Below are positions 11,639-22,443 of a stretch of 64,000 nucleotides of DNA, piece after piece. Under the pieces are notes generated by a model, which did not search any database, was not told the origin of the DNA, and was given only the letters and a program-made list of their open reading frames with translations. How positions within the stretch are numbered: position 1 is the first letter of the stretch; each line of letters opens with the position of its first letter. The translations under genes were made by a program, and so were the position numbers. The DNA comes from Eledone cirrhosa (Eukaryota): contig OZ024740.1 in NCBI GenBank assembly GCA_964016885.1, positions 10,850,001 through 10,914,000 on the forward strand. Direction: 5' to 3'.

Positions 11639-12744
11639 ACCAGATAGAAAAATGCGTACAGCAAAAAAAAGTAATATTGTTGGAATATAAACCTTTAAAA
11701 ATACAGGACAAGAAACTAAAATAAAACTTTAAAAGAATAGGACAAGAAACTAAGATAAAACTTTAAAAGAATAGGACAAGAAACTAAGATAAAACTTTAA
11801 AAGAATAGGACAAGAAACTAAGATAAAACTTTAAAGAATTGGACAAGAAATAAAAAATTTTACAATAATATTAGTGGCAAAATTTTTATTGGTAAAAAAT
11901 CGAGTTCCACATTCAGAGGTCGTCGTCAGACCGGGGGATCATTTGATTCTGGTTTGAACACCAATTGGGCCATAACCATACCCCTATTTCATCATTCGGT
12001 GACACGCCTCATGTGTCATGCATAATGTGAATGGACCCATGGGCCCATGAGCACAGATCTTGAGCAGCAGCGGACGGTCTTGTCGTCCCGCTCATCCTTG
12101 ATCTTGACCAACCCGTCCATCTTCTCCTTGCATCTTGTCCTTGAGTTCAAGTCCGGAAGTCCAGATGAATGCGTGCCACAGCTTTCTGGTACAGGAAGGG
12201 GGAGCAGGAGTACTGGAGGGATGACGGGACAGAGGGAGGGAGGACCGGTGGTTGAAGGAGGTGCCGTAGTCGGTGGTCAGAGTCGACATCTTGTCCCGGT
12301 CGTCTTCTCCATCTTCGTCTGGTGTTGCGGGACCAGAAGTGCATTCTTGGAGGAGACCTGCAGCTGCATCGGCCAATTCTTCTTGCAATGGTCATTCTGA
12401 CGGAGCAGAACTGCTCAGCCAACCAACCCCAACCAGAACCAACCGCTCAGGGGCAACGCACAATGAGAGCATGACAATTATTATGCACTAATCAAGAAGA
12501 TACTGGGGCATAGCACAGGAAACGAATAAAAAAATGTTGCCACTAATATTATTGTAAAATTTTTTATTTCTTGTCCAATTCTTTAAAGTTTTATCTTAGT
12601 TTCTTGTCCTATTCTTTTAAAGTTTTATCTTAGTTTCTTGTCCTATCCTTTTAAAGTTTTATTTTAGTTTCTTGTCCTGTATTTTTAAAGGTTTATATTC
12701 CAACAATATTACTTTTTTTTGCTGTACGCATTTTTCTATCTGGT
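11639..12744. mobile_element. Foldback-like element: 210-240 bp inverted repeats with 34-bp subrepeats around a GC-rich coding-like core
   Basis: 11639-11880 is the reverse complement of 12537-12744, differing by one subrepeat (ctttaaaagaataggacaagaaactaagataaaa). The core 11881-12536 is GC-rich with acidic minus-strand reading frames. Confidence 0.65.
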
Positions 12745-13016
12745 CTACTATTTTTTAAGGCAATGCAAGCAACAACTATCTAATAATTAAATGATCATAG
12801 TGAATTACTGACAAGTGATTGACATTTTAAAGTTCTTTTGAGTATAATTGCAATCTAGTTGAGGCAACTGGCTTAATGACAAAGCTAGTAAATCATGAAT
12901 GCATTTGAGATGATTAGTGCATAATAGTTAATTGGTGAAACTTGTACATTTCAATGGTGTTACAACAATAGATGTAAGTTATATAGTAGTAATACTTTAT
13001 CATTTTAACTTTTTAG

Positions 13017-13377
13017 AATGGACAAAAACCCATGCAAAGAAATGACTTTGACTGCAGTGATTCTCTCCAATTTACTTACAAAGCAAAACGTGGTCAAATA
13101 CCTTATCATCTCTGATAAAATGCCCATTGAATCACTGAAAATCGGATGCATGGAGTTCCTCATAAAATGCACCTATGAATCGGAAGCCATCACATATATC
13201 AATGGATATAGGGAGTTGTTCACACTGGAAGACCATCACTTCATTTGTGACTTCATCAGTTATCTCCACGATTATCTCAGACACCCAATGCCATTGATGA
13301 GAGGTGATCCAATGTGTGAGCATGTAACTAATCTTATAGAAGTTGTTATCGACCACCTGGCTTTTAGTGACATTTGA
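13017..13377 (+). CDS. Candidate exon/ORF (119 aa) with a BACK-like helical motif
   Basis: Preceded by an acceptor (cattttaactttttag) and followed by AATAAA. SNLLTKQNVVKYLIISDKMPIESLKIGCMEFL resembles the BACK motif of BTB proteins (by-eye similarity only). Confidence 0.35.
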
Positions 13378-14054
13378 CTGATTTGACTGATAATGATGTA
13401 TTTTTAAAAAGTATGTATACATTCTTGTTACTATTTTAAGGCAATGCAAGCAACAACTATTTAATAAAATTTAAATTTAAAAATGACCATTGTGCATTAC
13501 TAGTATGATGACATTTTATTAAGTCACAAAATTAGTCAGTCAGCCATAGAACAAGGATCAGGTGGCAAAAACATTGGCAAAAATTTGTGTCAATTTAAGA
13601 TTTCCAACATTGTTCAAATGAATCATATCTGGTTTGAAGTCAGATTTGTTAAATTTTGACCAATTTTCAATGTTGTGAAGATTGGGCAAGTTCAATTTTT
13701 GAATCATTTCTTTCATGCAGTAATTAAACTTTTCCAAACGTCGTCATTTCTGGATTACCTCCCCTAGCGTCACGCTTACTACTCACTCACTTGAACACAA
13801 GATTTATCAGCAAACTTTGATTATAAACTTTTTCCCGCTGGACCAAATTTCTAGATTTTTAAGCCAAAAGATGCGTAATGTTCATGCTCATATAAGTTTT
13901 ATCTCAGTTAAATAAAGTAGAGCCGCGCTGTACTGTCGTAAACAGACGATTGCCAACGAAAACAGGACCACAACAATATTACTAAACGGACTACCGTCCG
14001 TTTAGGATAAATTAGTAGAACGAAAATGACAGAGGTTATTAAAATCAATAATAA

Positions 14055-14745
14055 TTAAATATATACATACACGCATCCATATACATACATACACGTGCAT
14101 GTGTGAAAACACCCCCCATGCATGCATATACATGCACGTACGCATAAATACGCGCACGCATACATAAACCCACGTGACACATGTACCCGCACACATACGA
14201 ACATATACACCAAATACACATAAAAAGATATATATATATATCTGTGTGTATGTGTGTACATATAATTATATAAACGTATATAAATATACACACATAAATA
14301 CGTATATAGCGTACGCACACACATACCTACAGGTAAATACACATATGTTCGCAGACATACGTCAACCAAAACACAAAGGACACATATACACACCTTACAT
14401 ATGTGCAAACACGCATACACGCATACATACACAAGCACGTAATACACATGTGCACATAACCATATACACATATACCAGTATATATAATATAATATATACA
14501 CCAATAACAAATACAAGCATATATACATACGAGAAAGTATACGTACCTTCACAAAACATACAGGTAAGATATACTTACCTATACAAATAAGTAATGGTAT
14601 AAACATAAAATATACTTAGCTACCACATAAATTATCCATGTATTGTTCGTACTATCCGTTAGGGTATGTTTTGTGAAGGTACGTATATGTGTATATATAT
14701 ATATGTATATATATGTATGTATATATGTATATGTATGTATATATA
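14055..14745. repeat. Low-complexity (CA/TA)-type microsatellite field
   Basis: Degenerate alternating purine-pyrimidine repeats giving Y/I/H/T pseudo-ORFs. Confidence 0.9.
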
Positions 14746-15046
14746 GACAATATGCCCCCACCCCCTCCCACAGCGAAGTGGTCGTGGAGGTGCTGCGGCA
14801 AAAAAGCACCCAGCCCACACTGTAAAGTGGACGTGTAGGCTCCACGGAAAAAAGCACCCAGTACTCACTGTAAATGAGGTTGGTGTTAGGAAGGGCATCC
14901 AGCTGTAGAAAGCAAGCCAGAATCAGTTCCCGTATGAGCAAGACAAGGTCAGCCGACCGGCTACTGCCCACAACAGGACAACCCGTCTAACCCATGCTAG
15001 CGTGGAAGAATGGACGTAAAACGGTGATGATGATGATGATACATAC

Positions 15047-15352
15047 ATATCATCATCATCATCATCATCTTTTACGTCCACTTTTCCCTGCTTGCAAGGG
15101 TGGGACGGGAACTGATTCTGGCTTGATTTCTACAGCTGGATGCCCTTCCTAACACCAACCTCATTTACAGTGAGTGCTGGGTGCTTTTTTGCCGTGGCAC
15201 CTACACGACCTCATTTCTACAGCTGAGTAAACTGGAGCAATGTGAAATAAAGTGTCTTGCTCAAGGAAACAACACATCACCCGGTCTGAGAATTGAACTC
15301 ACAACCTTTCGATTGCAAGGCCAATGCTCTAACCACTAAGCCATGTGCCTCC
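15047..15352 (-). mobile_element. tRNA-headed SINE (same family as 16150-16493)
   Basis: Reverse complement of head GGAGGCACATGGCTTAGTGG...GAGTTCAATTC with a (CAT)n tail at the left end. Confidence 0.88.
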
Positions 15353-15699
15353 TATATATACATATATATGTCTTGCTCATACGGGAACTGATTCTGGCTT
15401 GCTTTCTACAGCTGGATGCCCTTCCTAACACCAATCTCATTTACAGTGAGTGCTGGGTGCTTTTTTTCTGTGGCACCTACACGTCCACTTTACAGTGTGG
15501 GCTGGGTGCTTTTTTGCCGTGGCACTTCCACGATCACTTTGTAGTCGGAGAGGGTGGGGTCATATTGTCTATATGCTTTAGCTTCGGGTTGTACCCGTGG
15601 GGGGTCGGGTCTTCTGTAATATATACATACTCATATGTATATTATATATATATCATCCTCATCATCATCATCATCAACGTTTAACGTCTATCTTCCATG

Positions 15700-18610
15700 G
15701 TAGCATGTGTTTAGGCGGGAATTGTCCCATTGTAACCGTGGAGGGGGGGGGGGGTAATCTGTATTACTGCGTGACGCCAGAGGTAACGGTCGTGTGTCAT
15801 CGCCCTTGAGAGGTGCAATTGGGTAAGGTCGGTTTTTATCATCTCATCCCAGGTCTTCTTGGGTCTCCCCACTCCGCGGTTTCCATCGACTTCTAGTGCT
15901 ATGCACCTTTTTATGCAGCTGTCATGCTTCATACGCATCACATGTCCATACCAACGCAACATCCTCTCCTGCACACAGCATTTGATTCCTCTTATGCTCA
16001 GTTTCTCTCTCAATTTGTTTATACTTTGCCATTCGCGTATATTACTGTTACACATCCATCGGAGCATGCAGGCTTCGTTTCTTTCTAATCTGTGCAAGTT
16101 TTCTACAGACAGCGCCCAGGTCTCACTACCATGTAACATTGCTGTTCATGGAGGCACATGGCTTAGTGGTTAGAGCATTGGTCTTGCAATCGAAAGGTTG
16201 TGAGTTCAATTCTCAGACCAGGTGATGTGTTGTTTCCTTGAGCAAGACACTTTATTTCACATTGCTCCAATTTACTCAGCTGTAGAAATGAGATGATAGG
16301 GACTGGGGTCCCTATCATTCCACTGTAAAGTGGTCGTGGAGGTGCCAAGGCAAAAAAGCACCCAGCACTCACTGTAAATGAGGTTGGTGTTAGGAAGGGC
16401 ATCCAGCTGTAGAAATCAAGCCAGAATCAGTTCCCGTCTCACCCTTGCAAGCAGGGAAAAGCGGACGTAAAATGATGATGATGATGATGATGATACACGC
16501 ATCATACAGTCTGCTTTTCATTTTGAGGGAAAAGCCTTTTGCAGCTAGCAGTGGCAGTAACTCCCTGAACTTCTTCCATTCCATTCTTACCCTAATTATT
16601 GTACTTTCCGAACACCCACCTCCGCTGCTAATTTGGTCACCTAGGTAGCAGAAGCTGTCTACTGTTTCTACAGAGCCCTCCCAGAGTTTGGTGGTGCTTG
16701 TTTCCTGTGGCCATTTGCTTCTTGTTTGTCCCAGCACAGCTGCTACATGTGAAGCCTACATTCTTAGTTAAGCTTCCTGAGATCCTACTATATCTCTTGT
16801 GTACCCATTGATTGCATTTGGGGCAGAGGATGGAGTTCCTACCTACACCTTTCCTACATACTGAGCAAGGCCATTTCCCTGAGGGGATCTGGGTTCTGTT
16901 TTCTCATCTACTTACAAGGACCTTAGTCTTTGTCAGGTTGACTTTGAGACCCATTATTTCTAGTCCCTGCTTCCATGTTTGGAATTTCTTCTCTAGTTCT
17001 ACCATAGATTCAGCTATAAATGTGAGGTCATCGGCATACAGGATTTCCCATGGACATCCGGTCTTAAACTCCTCCGTTATTGCCTGCAGGACTATGATGA
17101 ACAGGAGAGGGCTAAGAACAGAGCCCTGGTGGACACCGACCTGTACGCTAAATTCCTCGCTATACTCATTGCTAATCCTAACTTTGCTGACTGCTCCCCT
17201 ATACATGGCTTGTACAGCTTTCACAAGCCATTCATCTACTCCTAGTTTTCTAAGAGCTCACCAGATTATAGCATGTGGAACTCTGTCAAAGGCTTTCTCG
17301 AGATCGACGAATGCCAGGTAGAGTGGCTTACTTTTAGCTAGGTACTTTTCCTGTAACTGCCTCACAAGGAAGATGGCATCAGTGGTGCCTCTTCCTGGTA
17401 CAAACCCAAATTGCATCTCATCTAGTTTCACCCGATCCCTAATCAACTGTGCTATAACTCTTTCTGTTACTTTCATGACCTGGTCCATCAGCTTTATACC
17501 TCTATAGTTTCCTCTATCTAGTGCATCACCTTTACCTTTGTAAATGATGCTACTGCACCAATCCTTTGGTATGACACCCTCTAATATTACCTGGTTAACA
17601 ATACGTGTGGTTATGGTGTGACCTACCAACCCAGAAGCCTTCAGCATCTCGGCAGCTTTACCCGATGGACTGGTTGCCTTCCCCGTCTTCATATCTTTGA
17701 TTGCCTTACTTACTACGCTACTACTGACTTGAACTGCTGGCCCCTCTATACTTGGGGTAGGGTCTCTTCTTCCCATGCATTCTACTCATTTAGTATTTTT
17801 TCATAATGGCTCTTCCACGCAACTTTCTTCTCAGCACTTGTGAGGGCAAGCTCACCTTTATCATTCCGGATACACTTCTCTCCAATGACATCACAATTCT
17901 CTCTAACACACTGCCTCACAATCTTGAACACCTGTTTCTGGTCCTCACATTGCAATACATGCTTGAATTTTCTATCCTCCGCTTCCCTTCTAGCTAAGTA
18001 TACTTGTCGCCTAGCTTCCCTCCTGGTCTCTATGTAATGTACCCTGCTTCCCCCGTTCTTCCATTCTTTCCATGCCTGTCTCATAGCCTTAACTGCATCA
18101 TCTACCTTATTGTTCCACCACCAAGTCACTCTCCTCCTGCCTGTGGTCTTGCTCTATCCACACATCTCGTTTAGTAAGTTATTTTTTAGGAACTCCCACT
18201 GCTCCCACATTGAATGTCTCTATCTGTTCTTCTTTACTGTCATAGGCATCGAGTAAAATATCTTTAAATCTGTTACTGGCTGAGGAGTCTTTCAGCTTCC
18301 AGATCTTTCTTCTCCAGGTTGGCTTCTGTTTCCAGGTTCGTCTAGTTCTGACCGTGAGGTCGCTGACAATTAAGTTATGTTGGGAGGTACATTCATCAAT
18401 AGGGAAGGCTTTTGTGTTTACGACCGTCCATCTGTCACGTCCTCTGATGAGGATAAAATCTATCTGACTAGAATGCTCCCCTGATCTATAGGTAATTAGA
18501 TGGTTGTCGGGTTTTTTAAAAGTTTGTGTTACATATCGACATGTCATTGGCGCCGCAGAATTCTAGAAGCCTGAAGCCTTCTTCATTTCTTGTGCCAAAC
18601 CTGTGGCCTA
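15700..18610 (-). mobile_element. Decayed RTE-clade LINE (APE endonuclease C-terminus + RT), frameshifted and interrupted by a SINE
   Basis: Motifs SQIDFIL, WWWN, NYRGIKL, QFGFVPGRGTTDAIF, AFVDLEKAFDRV, GVHQGSVLSPLLF, LYADDL, MLHGSETW, LRWYGHVMR, GRPKKTW spread across broken ORFs. Confidence 0.93.
16150..16493 (+). mobile_element. Full-length tRNA-derived SINE inserted in the RTE LINE
   Basis: A box TGGCTTAGTGG, B box GAGTTCAATTC, ccttgagcaagacactt body, one cactgtaaagtgg subrepeat, GGAAGGGCATCC core, (GAT)n tail. Confidence 0.9.
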
Positions 18611-18621
18611 CATGATATGTA

Positions 18622-18660
<39 letters not shown>

Positions 18661-18671
18661 GTATGTGTATA

Positions 18672-18705
<34 letters not shown>

Positions 18706-18764
18706 CACATACATATACATATATATATATATTCGGCATATATATATACATATATATATATATA

Positions 18765-19110
18765 TTCGGCAACCATCGCTGCCCTATTTATAAGAGTGAG
18801 AAATGAAATTTCATTTTTTTCCATTTATCGTTTTCCGTACGCCCAGCTGACTAACTCACTCGATATGCAAATTAGGCTGCTCAGCCGTTAATATGCATAA
18901 GGAAAGTATAAACTTTCAAACGTTCAATCAACTGACAGGAAGGTATACAGTGCTGATGACAGCTAATAAGCTAGTTCATCGTTCCTTTGTCAGTGTTGAA
19001 CAAATAGGGCAGCGATGGTTGCCGAACACTGTACGGCTAATAATTTGGACTGTTTGTTTACAAACAAACCGCGAGCATTATAATAAATGTTCGGTAAACC
19101 CATATGTACA
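18765..19110. mobile_element. Non-autonomous repeat with a 25-bp inverted repeat and 3' hairpin; second copy at ~26735-27070
   Basis: ttcggcaaccatcgctgccctattt (18765-18789) is inverted at 19002-19026. Hairpin cgagcatt-ataata-aatgttcg. The body is shared with 26745-27060. Confidence 0.6.
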
Positions 19111-19527
19111 TATATATATGTGTGCATGTATGTATGTATGTATATATATACTACTGTACGTCTGTATACATATATGTATATACGTATACATACTTACATT
19201 TAAGTTTCAGCCCTACTAAGAATGAGAAATGAAATTTCATTTTTTCCATATATGTATATATATATATATATACATATATATACACATATTTATGTATATA
19301 AATATGTATATATATTTATATGTATGTATATATATATAAGGTCACGTGATGCGCATGAAAGACAACAGCTGTATAAAAAAAAGTGCAGGGCGATCAAAAT
19401 AGACAGTCCTATACGAGCAAGACAACCAATCTTGCCTCAAGTGGGAAAACTCCCGTCTAAACCCATGCAAGCGTGGAAGATGGACGTTAAACGATGATGA
19501 TGATGATGATGATGATATATATGTATG

Positions 19528-19560
<33 letters not shown>

Positions 19561-20394
19561 GGCTTGGCAAGATATATATATATGTATATATATATATATC
19601 ACGATAAATTAACGGAGCCACAGACTCTGGTGGTTTTTCCCTGTTTTACTGATGGCGCACTATCTCTCTCTAGTGTGTTACCTTTTCAACATATTGTATA
19701 TATATATATATATATATATCATCATCATTTAACGTCCATCTTCCACGCTAGCATGGATTAGACAGGAGTTGTGCCACTTGAGGCAAGGTTGGTCGGGTGA
19801 CCGTGTCTCGCTCGTATAGGACTATCTGGCAGGCTTTCTACAGCTGGATGCCCTTCCTAACACCAACCACATTTACAGTGTGGAATCGGGAACTTTTTAC
19901 CGTGTTACCTACACGGCCACATTACAGCGTGGACTGTGAGTAGTTTTATTTATTTATTTATTTATTTTTTTGTTGTGACACCTACACGCTCTCGATCTCA
20001 TTATCTCATTTATTTGGACTGGATGTTGTAGTACCAACTTTACAGAGAGAAGATGGTGTTGGTGGGAGTGGGATGATAGAGTAGGTGTAGTGGGGTGTAT
20101 ATTTGGTTAAGAGGTGCCTACTGACTGTAGGTTTCGCTTTGTACATAGGCAAGGTGGGTCTTCTGTATTACTGCGTAGCGCCAAAGATCTCGGTCCAGTG
20201 ACATTGTCTTAGAGAGGTGCAAGTGTGTAAAGTCAGAATTTATCAGCTCTTCCCAGGTTTTTCTGGGTCTACCTACTCTGTAACTACCATCAATTTTTAT
20301 CGCCCTGCACTTTTTTATGCATATATATGTATATATATATATGTATATATATATATGTATATATATATATATGTAAATTCAGCATCCGATATCA

Positions 20395-20716
20395 TTTTCG
20401 CCCCAACTCTCCTGCTCTGAGCCAGTGTTACAGTAAAGCAAGAGTCCTGGTGTTTCTCCAGCACAAGGCGCATACAATAGTCGACTGCGATGACAAAAAG
20501 GTAGGGAGCCAATGTATCCCCTGGATCACTCCAGCCAGTATCTCAAAGAACTGTCATCCTATCAGGAGTAATGACTTGGGTTTTGGTGTTGGTGTAGAGC
20601 AGTGATATCAGGTCCACTATCTTCTTGGGGATTCCATAAGCCTGTAAGATCTTCATCAGGTAGTGACGGTCCACAGAATTAAAGGCTTTCCTAAAGTCAA
20701 TGAAAACCATGACCGC
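20395..20716 (-). mobile_element. Non-LTR RT fragment
   Basis: [26 protein letters not shown] and APYLFVIAVDY motifs between (TA)n tracts. Confidence 0.8.
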
Positions 20717-20769
20717 ATATATATACATATATATATATATGTATATATATATGTATATATATATGTATA

Positions 20770-20876
<107 letters not shown>

Positions 20877-20877
20877 G

Positions 20878-22442
20878 TAAGGAGGAGGTTATAGTTCACT
20901 TGAAGCATTGTGTAATGAGGTATAAACGTTTGTATATGTATAATAAAGCCAAAACAATGCAGGTATGGGCATAGAATAAAGAATGCAAATGCAAAATATA
21001 TTGTTGACAATTAGTCTTTTACCTTAGATTTATTTAAATGTCCTTAATTTTCGAGATAATATCTCTTCTTCGGAGGGAAGTAAAGCGGTTAAACAAGTGT
21101 TCTAAATAGCTTGCCAAGTCATGCTGACAGGAAATGGTATAGAGTATCTGTTCTATCTCTAATGTCAAAGAGTTAAAATTAGGTGGATAAAGAGTAGTCT
21201 CCCTTTAAAAGAGGTTTTTTTTTGGGGGGGGGGGGGGTTTATACATGCCTGTTTAAGTGTGTGGGAAAATGCTATAGTTGTAAGTATGTGAGTGTGTGTG
21301 TGTGAGTGTGAGAAGATATGTCTATTCGTAAATGTGGGGGATAGGTGTTATCTGGTGTTAGAACTGGTTTTGTGTGTGTATGTGTGAGAGAGAATAAGTG
21401 GAGGTGTAAGCGTGTGTGTGTGTGCGTGCGTGTGTGTGTGTGGGGGGGTGTAAATATGGGGCTAGAAGCTCTATCAGGTTATAAATTGGGTGTTGAGTTC
21501 TAGTCTATTATTGATTGGTGGTTGTGTTTTATCTATAATTAGTGCTTCCTTAATTCTAAGATTGCCGAGGTTTCTTTCCTTAGTTTCTATCCTAACTGTT
21601 ATGGTTTTGTCGGTGTTTTTGCATTTAACTAGGTGTTTCTTAAATTAGGAAGCGTTAGTATTGAGGTGTTCTTTTATTCTTATGTGGAGTGGTCTGGTGG
21701 TGCTACCTACGTAGAAGTTGTTGCATTTGTCACACTCTAGTCTGTATACGACGTAAGCCTGGTGGCATAGGTCTGTGTCGTTGATGGGGCAGTTGGCTCG
21801 TCTGCAGCAGTTCTCATGTCTGGTGGAGTGTCTTTTGGTTAGCTGTCCGCGTAGAGAAGGACCTGAGTGGGCCAGTTGGATATCTAGTCCCTCTCGTCTG
21901 ATAGCTCTGCGGATGGCTGTTGTTTCTTCACTGAAGTGTGGGAGCTTCAGGAAGCAAGTGTTAGTGCCTCGGGTGTGGTGTCCTCTGTTCTTTCTGGCAC
22001 GGTTTGTGGTGGATGTCGTGTATCCGTTCAGTTTGAGTACTTCCAGGAAATGTGTGGTGTGTGTGTCTCGGTCTCTAGCATTGGTGCATTTGTTCCGGAT
22101 ACGTGCCAGTTCGTTCCTTATGTATCCGAACTTGGCACCGAGTGGGAGGGCCGATCTGAAATGTACGAACAGGTCCCTGCTGGCGGCTTTTTTATAGAAG
22201 CAGGTGTGGATGTTGCCTTCCTCTGTTACCCTGAGTTGGAAGTCCAGTAGGGATAGGGATCCGCGGTCATCGGGGTGTTCCATGCTGAACTTTATACTGG
22301 CGTCCATGCTGGAGAATGTTGTGTATATTTTATCTGCCTCCTCACGGGATGATGTAAGGATGAGTATGTCATCTACATATCGGGTGAAGAAGGCATGGGA
22401 ATGGCAGGTGTTGAGGGCTCGGCATTCTAGCTGGTTCATGTA
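20878..22442 (-). mobile_element. Inverted duplicate of the 3' half of the Penelope-like element (partial RT, GIY-YIG, pseudo-LTR)
   Basis: Reverse complement of ~24046-25540 with a few substitutions (YVDDIL vs YVDDTF, one premature TAA). It extends ~40 nt further, into ATG CTT CAA GTG AAC TAT (MLQVNY). Confidence 0.95.
21042..21076 (-). ncRNA. Minimal hammerhead motif in the inverted pseudo-LTR copy
   Basis: Reverse complement of 25386-25420. Confidence 0.55.
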
Positions 22443-22443
22443 A

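Noticed and set aside
14002-14606. Tyr/Ile/His/Cys-rich ORFs here and at 18.5-21 kb and 27 kb
   Set aside because: Translations of (TA)n/(CA)n microsatellites.
16150-16225. tRNA gene
   Set aside because: The A/B boxes belong to a SINE head that continues into a SINE body and tail; the same applies at 1260 and 8771.
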